From: Candidatus Hodarchaeota archaeon
GTDB taxonomy: Archaea; Asgardarchaeota; Heimdallarchaeia; Hodarchaeales; Hodarchaeaceae
DNA length: 42,251 nt
NCBI GenBank assembly: GCA_016840035.1
Contig: JAEOTC010000055.1
Coordinates: 1 to 42,251 of the forward strand
Direction of reading: 5' to 3'
Position numbers and translations under genes: made by a program. The notes beneath the pieces are model-generated. The model searched no databases. It saw only the letters and a list, made by a program, of their open reading frames with translations, and was not told the origin of the DNA. Positions 9,790 through 18,826 of this stretch are shown piece by piece. Each line of letters begins with the position of its first letter. The first letter of the stretch is position 1.

Positions 9790-10521
9790 TCATGCAAATC
9801 CTAATGGTAAATCAATTAAAATTTTAATAATAGAAAGAAGAAGAGTAGCTACTCCAAATATTACTGATGAGAGAATAAAAGCAATGAACACTTGTTTGTT
9901 GTAATCAGGATAACTCTTTTTTACCCTAGTGATAACCCTAGGCATGAAAAAAATGATGATGAAAAGGATGAATATTAAATATAAACCCAGATCATACAGA
10001 TCTATCATTTTAGCATAATATAAACGAAAATCCCAGCGTGACTGCCAAGCATATTCAGTCCCAATGCTTGGAAGGGGTTGAAGACAATAAAGCAAACTAT
10101 AACTTAGAAAGAGAATATCTTTTAACACGGAGATCTGTGAGACTAAAGCGACATCATGTATGATAAACGATCTTCCATTTGGTATGTTGGTTTGGAGATA
10201 TTGAAAAATTAGAAGCAAGATAAGAAAAAAAGTCATTTCGAGCACAGCAAATTCTAATCCTCTCAAGATGTTCAAAGAGAGATCATTAGGTATAAATCGT
10301 AGATTTGGATAATCACCTATTATTTCACCTGGATTATTTCTCATGGCATTAAAAGCGGCATGATACATACCACGTATTCCAGCGAAAAAACCAGTAACAG
10401 CAATTGAAATAATGAAGAAAAGAAGGGTTTTCTGGGGTTTGATTTCTTCATCAATTTCTCGATTTAATGCAGTAAAAATAAAATAATTCTTCAACGGTAC
10501 TACTTTGGTTTTTATTCCCAT
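9790..10521 (-). CDS. Hypothetical multi-pass membrane protein (possibly Yip1-like)
   Basis: 243 aa with about 5 hydrophobic helices; co-oriented with and adjacent to the zinc-ribbon membrane gene. Confidence 0.65.
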   Translation of the reverse strand: MGIKTKVVPLKNYFIFTALNREIDEEIKPQKTLLFFIISIAVTGFFAGIRGMYHAAFNAMRNNPGEIIGDYPNLRFIPNDLSLNILRGLEFAVLEMTFFLILLLIFQYLQTNIPNGRSFIIHDVALVSQISVLKDILFLSYSLLYCLQPLPSIGTEYAWQSRWDFRLYYAKMIDLYDLGLYLIFILFIIIFFMPRVITRVKKSYPDYNKQVFIAFILSSVIFGVATLLLSIIKILIDLPLGFA

Positions 10522-10734
10522 TCTTAATACCCAGATCCCATCTTTTGAAAATGCAATGAAATTTCGTAACTACTGCACTTCTGACATTCAAAAAGATTAA
10601 CATAACAATTGTTCAAGGACCTCTTCAATCTCCTCCCTTTTTCTTTTTATGATTATACCTCTAAACATTTTTAAAGAATTGAATTGTACTTACTTGTTTA
10701 TTCATGAGTGTCATAAGACGAGGAAGAATGAAAA

Positions 10735-11652
10735 TTGCCGATTGCGAAATTAAGGGATGGAATCGAAATTGATTATCGGTTCGAGAAGATTAATGAGGAT
10801 AAACCGCCTGTTATTTTTATCAATGGTTCAATTTTTAATTATCGACAATGGTTAGGTACCTATATCCCAGCATTTCGTGATTTCACCCAGAATCAATACT
10901 CATATATCCTGTATGATTATCAAGGAATTGGAAACTCCTCTCCTAAAACGGAACAATTTACCCTTCAAGGACTTGCTGATGAGCTACTACAATTACTTGA
11001 TTTTTTAAATATCGATAAGCTTCATTTATTTGGGGTTAGTAAAGGCTCTTTGGTAGGGCAAATCTTTACAGGTTTACATCCAGATAGAGTAGTAAGCTTA
11101 GCTGGATATGGTATAGTGAATCTGGTTAGTCCCAAAGCTAGGGAAGGACATAATCTGTTTACTAATCGTTTAAACGACCTTATGACTTTAGAGGATATTC
11201 TGGATGAGGACATCACTTCATCTAATTTCAAGAGGATTGTTCGTACAGTATATGTTCCAGCCATATTTGGAAAAAAGTATCCTGATTTAAACCTAAAAGA
11301 AAAATTTATTAGCTGGATTCTCCAGCGACGTACTTCTTCTCTTTTAGTTGGAACACCAGTACGAACACTCGAGTTGCTTTTCAGGTATTATTCCCAGGAG
11401 ATAGAAAAAGAAGTTGGTTTTTATGCTTCCTGCCTTAAATTGATCGGTATGAAGCCTGTATTACTTCTGAATGGCACTCAAGACGCAACTACTCCAATTG
11501 AACTAGCACGTGATTTGGTACCAAGATTAGCGAATGCAAAGTTAATTGAGTTTGATGGGTTTGAGCATGTAAGTCCAAATCTAAAGAAAAAGCAAGCAAG
11601 AGCTATTATGACGGCATATTCAAGCTTTTTATCAGATTTGGAAAGTAAATAA
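10735..11652 (+). CDS. Alpha/beta-fold hydrolase
   Basis: PPVIFING, YDYQGIGNS, nucleophile elbow GVSKG, acid in GTQDATTP, His in GFEHVS. TTG start with GAGG RBS. Confidence 0.9.
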   Translation: MPIAKLRDGIEIDYRFEKINEDKPPVIFINGSIFNYRQWLGTYIPAFRDFTQNQYSYILYDYQGIGNSSPKTEQFTLQGLADELLQLLDFLNIDKLHLFGVSKGSLVGQIFTGLHPDRVVSLAGYGIVNLVSPKAREGHNLFTNRLNDLMTLEDILDEDITSSNFKRIVRTVYVPAIFGKKYPDLNLKEKFISWILQRRTSSLLVGTPVRTLELLFRYYSQEIEKEVGFYASCLKLIGMKPVLLLNGTQDATTPIELARDLVPRLANAKLIEFDGFEHVSPNLKKKQARAIMTAYSSFLSDLESK

Positions 11653-11765
11653 GGAATGTAGCTTAGAAATCAAAGATCTAATCTACTATTTACAAATTAC
11701 TAAAGATCCACCTCTAACTAGAGTAGTCAATTCAATGCTTCTTTCTTTCAGAGAATGTTGAGGGT

Positions 11766-12167
11766 TTAGTATTCCTGTGTACTCATGATTTTGAGTAACT
11801 GTTCTGGTGGAATTACATTTAGTAAGGCAGCAGCTTTCTTAACACTATTAACACGTGACCATCTAACATATGCAACAAATATATTGATACAACCAAATAC
11901 AAGGCATATAAGTGCACCAATAACATGGTCCATGGCAGCATAAACTCCAGCAAGTACTGCGGGAAGGAAACCTATAAGAAATCCTTCAACTACATTAAAA
12001 AACATAGGAAAAACAAGTATTATTACCACCATGCTTTCTGAAGATTCTATCGGTCCATTCAGAAAGAAATAAATACCGAATAGGAGAAATAATATTCCCA
12101 TTATAAATTCTACAATAATCAAATACTTCTGTCTCATGGCCAATGGGCCACCTCTATACCCTGGCAT
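11766..12167 (-). CDS. Hypothetical membrane protein (3-4 TM)
   Basis: 133-aa hydrophobic ORF, 3 nt downstream of the preceding gene. Confidence 0.6.
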   Translation of the reverse strand: MPGYRGGPLAMRQKYLIIVEFIMGILFLLFGIYFFLNGPIESSESMVVIILVFPMFFNVVEGFLIGFLPAVLAGVYAAMDHVIGALICLVFGCINIFVAYVRWSRVNSVKKAAALLNVIPPEQLLKIMSTQEY

Positions 12168-12170
12168 AAT

Positions 12171-12392
12171 TCATGACTCTCCTTTGGTTAAAAAACTTCC
12201 GCATTCTTCACAATGGTACGCTTTGGTATACCCTATTGGGAGAGGGATAACCAAAAGTAATGCTATACGTAGTAAATGTGTTGCGCTACTAGCGGTATAA
12301 CATCTACACTCGGGACAATTAATAATTTCTGGTTTAAGAGATTTCCAAACCATAAATGAAAGGGTTCCTAATGCTACAGCCATAATCAACAC
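12171..12392 (-). CDS. Small membrane zinc-ribbon protein (zinc_ribbon_15/LITAF-like architecture)
   Basis: N-terminal hydrophobic helix, then CPEC - hydrophobic LLRIALLLVIPLPIG - YHCEECG. Confidence 0.6.
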   Translation of the reverse strand: MLIMAVALGTLSFMVWKSLKPEIINCPECRCYTASSATHLLRIALLLVIPLPIGYTKAYHCEECGSFLTKGES

Positions 12393-12405
12393 TTCTTTTT
12401 TTTCT

Positions 12406-12669
12406 TCAATTCATTCCTTTTGTTTTTCGTTCTTCGGCTTGTTTCTTAAAGTTCCTCAAGCTAGATGGAAAAACAACAATAAAAAGTATAAAAGCACCTA
12501 ATATCGGCGGAATAGGGGATGATCCCATTCCTTGCTCAAGAAATATATTTTCTATAACCGTCAAGGCGATAAATAACACAGTTGCGCCTGCAAGAGAGAT
12601 TATCAGAGGCAATCCATAAATAAACCATGTAGGGGTTTCTACAGTTTCTTTCTCCATTCTTTCAGTCAC
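12406..12669 (-). CDS. Small two-TM membrane protein
   Basis: 87 aa, two TM helices and a basic tail. GTG start with GAGGTGG RBS. Confidence 0.65.
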   Translation of the reverse strand: MTERMEKETVETPTWFIYGLPLIISLAGATVLFIALTVIENIFLEQGMGSSPIPPILGAFILFIVVFPSSLRNFKKQAEERKTKGMN

Positions 12670-12786
12670 ACTACCACCTCATAAAGATAATAACGATAGT
12701 TTAACCTGCTTGTCATAATCTGAAGCTTTTATATTTTTTGACTAAGAAAAATTGGGAGACCCATATCAAAAAAAGATATTAAACTT

Positions 12787-13785
12787 TTAACAGAACGCTT
12801 GAGAAAAATTAAATATGGAGGGACCCCCACCAGAGTGGAGAAAAAGAACCACTTCTTCATTAGAAAATTTTTGTGATTTAATCATATCAAACAAGCCCAC
12901 CATTGCTTTTCCATTGTATACTGGATCGAGGAATATCCCTTCTAATTGGGCTACTAATCTCACCGTATCGACCATTTCTTTACTTGCTATACCATATCCA
13001 GGTCCTTCATACCCAGTAACTACCTCTATAGGAATTCGATTTAATGCATTCATCACATTAAACATAAATCCGAACTCCTTTAAGATTTCTCTAGTTTCAA
13101 TCTTGAGATAATCAGCATTTACTCCGCCTGTAATAGAAATTATATTTGTACTCGGGTAATAAAACTCTTTTCCTATCAACATGCCAGCTTGAGTACCACT
13201 ACTACCTGCAGCGTGGACAAAATAGTCGAAATTTACATCCAACTCTTCAGCTTGTCCTTTTATCTCCGCTATGCAGTTGATATAACCCAATGCACCAAGA
13301 GCATTTGATCCTCCAGTAGGAATAATATATGGTTTTCTACCACTAGACTTCAGTTCTTCTTCCCTTTCTCTCATAAGATCCTTTCTTTTCTGTGAATCGT
13401 CAACTAAATGAATAGAAACTTCAAGAATTTTAAATAATAATAAATTTCCAGTAATATTCGAAGGTTCTTCTCCTGATAGGACCAGTTCACAATCAATTCC
13501 GAGCTTTGCTGCACAGGCTGCAGTTTGAAGACAATGATTGGAATTAATAGCTCCTTCCGTGATGATTATATCTGCACCCTTTTGAACAGCATCAGCTAGT
13601 AAATATTCCAGCTTTCGATTCTTATTTCCCCCAAATGCTACCCCGGTTAGATCATCTCGCTTCATATAGATACAAGGCCCATCTAAATGGTTTGAAAGCC
13701 GATTTAATGAAATGATCGGAGTTGGTAATAAGCATAAATCAATTTTTGACATACTATGCAGATCAAATGGCACTATTCTCTCCAA
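12787..13785 (-). CDS. dcyD: D-cysteine desulfhydrase / ACC deaminase family PLP enzyme
   Basis: LPTPI, MKRDDLTG, GGNKNRKLEYL (PLP lysine), SNHC, GSSGTQAG, EGIFLDPVYNGKAM, FLHSGG. Confidence 0.9.
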   Translation of the reverse strand: MERIVPFDLHSMSKIDLCLLPTPIISLNRLSNHLDGPCIYMKRDDLTGVAFGGNKNRKLEYLLADAVQKGADIIITEGAINSNHCLQTAACAAKLGIDCELVLSGEEPSNITGNLLLFKILEVSIHLVDDSQKRKDLMREREEELKSSGRKPYIIPTGGSNALGALGYINCIAEIKGQAEELDVNFDYFVHAAGSSGTQAGMLIGKEFYYPSTNIISITGGVNADYLKIETREILKEFGFMFNVMNALNRIPIEVVTGYEGPGYGIASKEMVDTVRLVAQLEGIFLDPVYNGKAMVGLFDMIKSQKFSNEEVVLFLHSGGGPSIFNFSQAFC

Positions 13786-13856
13786 GATAATTAATGAGGA
13801 GAGGATATAACAATCTTCTTTTTGTACCTCTTGTTCTCATACTGCAATAATTCAGT

Positions 13857-15062
13857 CTAATCTGGAGTGCTTTGGTACTTTTGACTCAAACTAGGTTTCT
13901 TCCAACGATTTGAAAAGAAAATGATTACCGAAGGAAGAAATATTATCACAGCGAAGAGACCTAATGATCCTGGAAATACAACCTCAATAAAAATGCCACC
14001 TATAACTGGTGTGAATATTTGGGAAAGACTCTGAAGAGAATCAGCCACACCCATGATTTTACCACGATTTCGAATATCAGTTTTACTGCTAATTTCACTT
14101 GTGAGAGTGGGTCTAATTATACCTGCACCTATGGAAAAGAAACCCATAATTACAAACATATACCATCCAGAAAGAACAAAGATAATTTGAGTAAAAGCTA
14201 AAACAAGAGATATTTGTCCTATAATGAAAAGTTTTTCTCTCGACATAACATTCACTAGTCTAGGAAAGAAAATCAATTGGAACAATATCCGAATCAGGCC
14301 TACAAACATAAGATATAAACCCACTGTATCAGGACCTACTTTCAATTGATATTCGGAAAATAGTGCCAAATTAGCTGTGATTAAGGAGAATGAAAGAACG
14401 AAAGACAAGAAATAAAATAGAACGAGTTGCAATGTTGGGTTCGAAAATCCCTCGACCACATCCTTAATCGGAATAAAATCGTTCCTTGAGATTTTAAATT
14501 CTTTATCGTTGGTTACTGTCTCTTCTAGTAAGAAGAAAATCATGAAGAGAGTTATTCCTGAAATACCAGCAGCTAAAAATGAGGGTATGCTATAATCGAT
14601 TGTGGCTAGATATCCTCCTAAAGCAGGACCAACGAAAAACCCAATACCAAATGCTGTACTCATGTATCCGAATGCTTTGGTTTGGGTCTTTTTATCCTCA
14701 TGTCGAATAATATCTCCTAGATATGCTCTTGAGAGAGTCATATTACTTCCTAATAAACCATCAACAACGCGGGATAGGAGTATTATAAACAAAGAATTTG
14801 CCACTCCCAATAATATAAAGCCAACTACTGTCGAAAATTGGCTAATCAATAACAATGGTTTACGACCAAATTTATCGCTTAATTTTCCAATAATAGGAGC
14901 GGAAATAAATTGACATAAAGAAAAAGAAGCGACGATAATCCCCACCGCTATTGGTGAAGCACCCAAATCCGTAGCTAGGTAGGGTAGAAAGGGTAGGATT
15001 AAGCTCCAACCAAGTACTTCAGTAAAAATTATCAAATAGATCGTTAAATATTCTTTTTTCAT
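13857..15062 (-). CDS. MFS transporter, TetA/DHA1 drug:H+ antiporter-like
   Basis: 12 TM helices, motif A GKLSDKFGRKPLL, motif C GFFVGPALGG. Confidence 0.92.
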   Translation of the reverse strand: MKKEYLTIYLIIFTEVLGWSLILPFLPYLATDLGASPIAVGIIVASFSLCQFISAPIIGKLSDKFGRKPLLLISQFSTVVGFILLGVANSLFIILLSRVVDGLLGSNMTLSRAYLGDIIRHEDKKTQTKAFGYMSTAFGIGFFVGPALGGYLATIDYSIPSFLAAGISGITLFMIFFLLEETVTNDKEFKISRNDFIPIKDVVEGFSNPTLQLVLFYFLSFVLSFSLITANLALFSEYQLKVGPDTVGLYLMFVGLIRILFQLIFFPRLVNVMSREKLFIIGQISLVLAFTQIIFVLSGWYMFVIMGFFSIGAGIIRPTLTSEISSKTDIRNRGKIMGVADSLQSLSQIFTPVIGGIFIEVVFPGSLGLFAVIIFLPSVIIFFSNRWKKPSLSQKYQSTPD

Positions 15063-15327
15063 TGGATTGACCGTTTCAGTGTTAATTAACTAGAAGATAG
15101 GACTTTGAAAACTGTGAAATTCTCTTGCCATCAAGATTAGCAATTCTAGAGATTAGGAAAAAATGTTTTGAACTTGTTCTCCTCTATGCAGAATCGGCAG
15201 ATAGCCCATTAATAGTAGTAATTTCAGGATTAAATTCAATCAAAAGCTTTGAATTTTATGTTGTATCCAATTTTGATTATATAACTAAAGTTAGAATAAC
15301 TAAAGCTAAAAATAATACTGGTGGATA

Positions 15328-16530
15328 ATGTTGACCGAAGAACAAGTTAAGAAAGCAACTGCACACTTTGAGAACTTAGTTCGAGAACAACTCGAACGAG
15401 TAGAGAGAATGAAGAAAGAACCTGATTGGACAGATTTTTCGAGTCTTGATAAAATCATCATCGGAGCCTGTAGTGGAGATGGTATTGGACCAGCTATCAC
15501 TGAAGCTGCGATTATCGTCCTTAACTTTTTACTCGACTCTGAAATTAAGTCGGGAAAAGTTGAGATTAGAAAAATTGATGGATTAACAATAGAGAATCGA
15601 GTAAAAGTAATGAAAGCTATACCTGATGATGTTCTTGCTGAATTAAAAGAGTGTCATACAATATTGAAAGGTCCAACCACTACTCCTTGGAAAGGAAACA
15701 AATATGGCTGGCCTAATATTGAAAGTGCTAATGTATCGATGCGACGTGAATTAGATCTCTTCGCAAATGTTCGTCCAGTTCGTGTTCCAGAGAAAAACAT
15801 TGATTGGATGTTTTACCGGGAAAATACTGAAGGAGCATATGTTTTGGGAAGTAAAGGAGTAGATGTATCAGAAGATCTCGCAGTTGACTTCAAAGTAATC
15901 ACAAATCAAGGTTCAGATCGGATTATTCGTGCTGCATTTGAGTATGCTAGCAAGAATAATATCAACAAAGTAACGGTAGTAACCAAGGCCAATGTTGTTA
16001 AGCGCACTGATGGTAAATTTCTAGCCATAGCTGAACAAGTAGCAAAGGATTATCCTCAAGTTGAATGGGATGATTGGTATATTGATATTATGACAGCTAA
16101 GCTTATCGATCCAGCTCGTCAGAGTTCATTCCGTGTTATTACTGCGCCAAACCTCTACGGAGATATAATAACAGATGAGGCTGCACAGATTCAAGGCGGT
16201 CTAGGTACTGCTGGAGCAGCAAATATCGGTAAGCGATATTCTATGTTTGAAGCAGTTCATGGTAGCGCTCTTAAGATGGTAGACGAGGGTCGTGAAAAAT
16301 ATGCTGACCCTACGAGTATGATTAAAGCAGCATCTATGCTCTTGAATCACATTGGCTTTACTGAGAAAGCAGCAATGTTGGATAAAGCCATTGAAGTCTG
16401 TTCTCAGTATGAAAAGAAACTAGTCATCACAGGCCGTGATACTGGGGCAACTGGTGAAGAAATGGCCAATTATATCATTGAAACTATAAAATCACCTGAT
16501 CTTGAACAAAAATGGCAAGGTTATCAATAA
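15328..16530 (+). CDS. icd: Isocitrate dehydrogenase (isocitrate/isopropylmalate dehydrogenase family)
   Basis: GDGIGP, LKGPTTTP, substrate loop ESANVSMRR (S-x-N-x-x-x-R as in IDH rather than IPMDH), FANVRP, RENTEGAY, TKANVVK, PNLYGDIITD, FEAVHGSA. GGTGG RBS. Confidence 0.85.
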   Translation: MLTEEQVKKATAHFENLVREQLERVERMKKEPDWTDFSSLDKIIIGACSGDGIGPAITEAAIIVLNFLLDSEIKSGKVEIRKIDGLTIENRVKVMKAIPDDVLAELKECHTILKGPTTTPWKGNKYGWPNIESANVSMRRELDLFANVRPVRVPEKNIDWMFYRENTEGAYVLGSKGVDVSEDLAVDFKVITNQGSDRIIRAAFEYASKNNINKVTVVTKANVVKRTDGKFLAIAEQVAKDYPQVEWDDWYIDIMTAKLIDPARQSSFRVITAPNLYGDIITDEAAQIQGGLGTAGAANIGKRYSMFEAVHGSALKMVDEGREKYADPTSMIKAASMLLNHIGFTEKAAMLDKAIEVCSQYEKKLVITGRDTGATGEEMANYIIETIKSPDLEQKWQGYQ

Positions 16531-16540
16531 TTTAGGATAT

Positions 16541-16563
16541 CCTTCCTCTCCCCTTTTTTCTCT
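16541..16563 (+). terminator. Pyrimidine/oligo-T terminator after icd
   Basis: CCTTCCTCTCCCCTTTTTTCTCT begins about 10 nt after the stop codon. Confidence 0.5.
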
Positions 16564-16577
16564 GGAATATTGTCAGG

Positions 16578-16988
16578 ATGTTCACCAACGTAATTTTTGA
16601 AGCTGGGCTTATCACCGAAGGTTTTTCGATTTTAAGAAAGCAGTTTATGAATCCTGATGACTTATCAGTAAACCCTATTCTTGTAGGTGAAATTCTATCA
16701 TCCATTCAAGGCTTAATTCCATCCGCTAGTGATCGTATTCCAAATGTTCTTGAAATTGAACAATTTATTATCCTTCTTCGGAGTTTTGAGTGTGGAAGCA
16801 ATAATACCAAGTTTTTACTTTATACAATTTGTCGTGCAAGCACCCAAAAGCTTCATGAAACCTTATCTGGGCTAGCTACAGACCTACAGTTATTTGATAA
16901 TATTCTCCTTAACTGGAATGTTGATACTGAATCTCTACGCAATCTTTATCCCATCTTTGAAGAAGCATTTTTACCTTTCAATGTCTAA
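16578..16988 (+). CDS. Longin-like domain protein (Asgard type)
   Basis: 136 aa with a beta-beta-alpha-beta-beta-beta-alpha-alpha pattern: GLITEGFSIL, NPILVGEILSSIQGL, VLEIEQFIILL, FLLYTIC and C-terminal LLNWNVD...IFEEAF. Recognised by pattern only. Confidence 0.6.
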   Translation: MFTNVIFEAGLITEGFSILRKQFMNPDDLSVNPILVGEILSSIQGLIPSASDRIPNVLEIEQFIILLRSFECGSNNTKFLLYTICRASTQKLHETLSGLATDLQLFDNILLNWNVDTESLRNLYPIFEEAFLPFNV

Positions 16989-17036
16989 TCCATTTTTCTC
17001 ACAAAAATTATCTCGCTAACGTGTGTCAAACTGTTT

Positions 17037-17843
17037 TCAGGAGTTTGGATCAATATGAAGATAGTGTTGTAAATAATGGTGAAAACTCTCTACAATCCCA
17101 GCATCGATATCCTTAGAAGATTTCGCTAACAATTCTTTTCCAAAGTCAGCTCCTACTTCAAATTCAAGGAGTACAGATTGTCCATTCTCAATCCGACCAT
17201 ATATTATATCTTTAACCTGAGCGGACTTTGTAGGAACGATATTATTGTACCATATTTGGATAAACTCCATACTAAAAGGTAATCCTTCAGTGATAAGAAG
17301 ATTCACCTCATCTTTCGGTCCGATTAAATGTACAAAATCGGATAGGATTTTCGCATAGTAAGTAGTAATGGATTCAGGAGATCTAAGCTTATGTGAGAGA
17401 AAATTGAGCATATAGTAATCTATCCTAGCTTTTTTACATACTTTCTTCATCTGAGAGTGGAGACTATCCTTAAAATCCCCACAATATTCATCATAACTAT
17501 CAGTCAGCAAAGCAATAATTACCTGGTCTTTTTTACCAAATTTCTTTAGAAAATTCTGTGCAAACGTCACTGGGAGATAATTAATTTTATTCCCGATTTT
17601 TACAATATCATAATGACCAAACAGGATAAGAGAGACCTTCCTTGGTTTTCGTTTCTGTTTCTCCTGCTCCACTGCTGCTTGGTAAAGTACGGGATAATTT
17701 CGATCCTGCATGATATTACTCATACAATTCATACAGAAATTTCCCGAACCCCTTGAAGATCGTCCACTCATTAAACCACCTGATACTACAGTGCCTGTAC
17801 TTCTTATATTCGATTCTCTTCCGCAAATTTCACATTTTGTCAA
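17037..17843 (-). CDS. N-terminal C4 zinc finger fused to a CARF-like (Csx1/DxTHG-type) Rossmann domain
   Basis: CEIC...CMNC, then KVSLILFGHY, DQVIIALLTDS, DEVNLLITEGLP and VKDIIYGRIE in CARF strand order. TTG start with GGTGG RBS. Confidence 0.55.
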   Translation of the reverse strand: MTKCEICGRESNIRSTGTVVSGGLMSGRSSRGSGNFCMNCMSNIMQDRNYPVLYQAAVEQEKQKRKPRKVSLILFGHYDIVKIGNKINYLPVTFAQNFLKKFGKKDQVIIALLTDSYDEYCGDFKDSLHSQMKKVCKKARIDYYMLNFLSHKLRSPESITTYYAKILSDFVHLIGPKDEVNLLITEGLPFSMEFIQIWYNNIVPTKSAQVKDIIYGRIENGQSVLLEFEVGADFGKELLAKSSKDIDAGIVESFHHYLQHYLHIDPNS

Positions 17844-18089
17844 TTAATTCCCACCTTACTCATTAAGGATCAATAAATTCTGTTGCATTTTATGCTTAAT
17901 CAAGATAGATTAGCTATCACATTGTTATAGAGAGCTATTTTTTATTATTTTTGCACCAAATTAGAGTTTGGATCTTCCCAGCCAAATATTTCTGCTTCGA
18001 GCTATATTTTCATTGCTAATGGAATTCGAAATTCGACTAAAAGATTCTTTGAATCGAAAATATTTTTGTCAAGCATGACTAACTAATCA

Positions 18090-18734
18090 ATGTTTGGATC
18101 CAATATGCTACCAAAGAAAATTGAAAGAGTTTTATCCTCCCTCGAGAATTATCGTGAGGAAGAAATCCAAAAAGAAACCCTTGGAGAAGATATACCAAAA
18201 GAGGATCAATCTTTAGCGATTCCCCGTGAAGAAGGGAAATTCCTCTATTTACTAGCAAAAGCTATGAAAGCTAAACATATCCTCGAAATTGGTACTTCAT
18301 TCGGCTATTCTACTATCTGGCTTACCGCTGCTGCAGAGGAACAAGAGGGTAAAGTCATCTCAGTAGATATCCTTCCAGAGAAAATTATACAAGCAACTGA
18401 GAATTTAAAAAAAACAAGATTAGAAGATAGTGTGGAACTAATTCTTGGAGACGCAAAAGAAGTTATACATAAACTCGTTAATCCATTAGATATTGTATTT
18501 TTAGATGCAGACAAACGTGATTACATAGATTTCATAAAACTTGCTCTGAAAAAATTGAGAATCGGGGGAATTATTTTATCCGATAATGTTTTGGACTGTC
18601 CAGATATTCACAAGGAGGATCCTGAGATCTGTGAAGAACTTATGGATTTTATTCGTAACCATCCTAAAGTCTCTAGCGTGACTATTCCTTTTCTGCCTAA
18701 TGGTCTTGAAATGACAATGAAAATTGCTGATTAA
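18090..18734 (+). CDS. O-methyltransferase (caffeoyl-CoA OMT/YrrM-like)
   Basis: EEGKFLYLL, ILEIGTSFGYSTIW, DIVFLDADK, GGIILSDNV. Confidence 0.92.
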   Translation: MFGSNMLPKKIERVLSSLENYREEEIQKETLGEDIPKEDQSLAIPREEGKFLYLLAKAMKAKHILEIGTSFGYSTIWLTAAAEEQEGKVISVDILPEKIIQATENLKKTRLEDSVELILGDAKEVIHKLVNPLDIVFLDADKRDYIDFIKLALKKLRIGGIILSDNVLDCPDIHKEDPEICEELMDFIRNHPKVSSVTIPFLPNGLEMTMKIAD

Positions 18735-18799
18735 TCGTTTGATTTTCAAGATTAAGGATTCATCGAGAGCTCTTTCTAATTCACATTAAAACCGAAGAA

Positions 18800-18826
18800 T
18801 TTAAATTTAACGTCATTAAATTTAAA
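18800..18826. repeat. Perfect 11-bp inverted repeat with 5-bp spacer
   Basis: TTTAAATTTAA-CGTCA-TTAAATTTAAA, in the gap between two convergent genes. Confidence 0.6.

Noticed and set aside
12393-12409. A8 run between the 87-aa and 73-aa ORFs as a frameshift or phase-variation site
   Set aside because: The upstream ORF stops before the run and the downstream ORF has its own start, so no fusion is restored by a simple slip.
16990-18090. CRISPR array or cas genes near the CARF-like gene
   Set aside because: I saw no regularly spaced direct repeats or Cas motifs here or elsewhere in the window.
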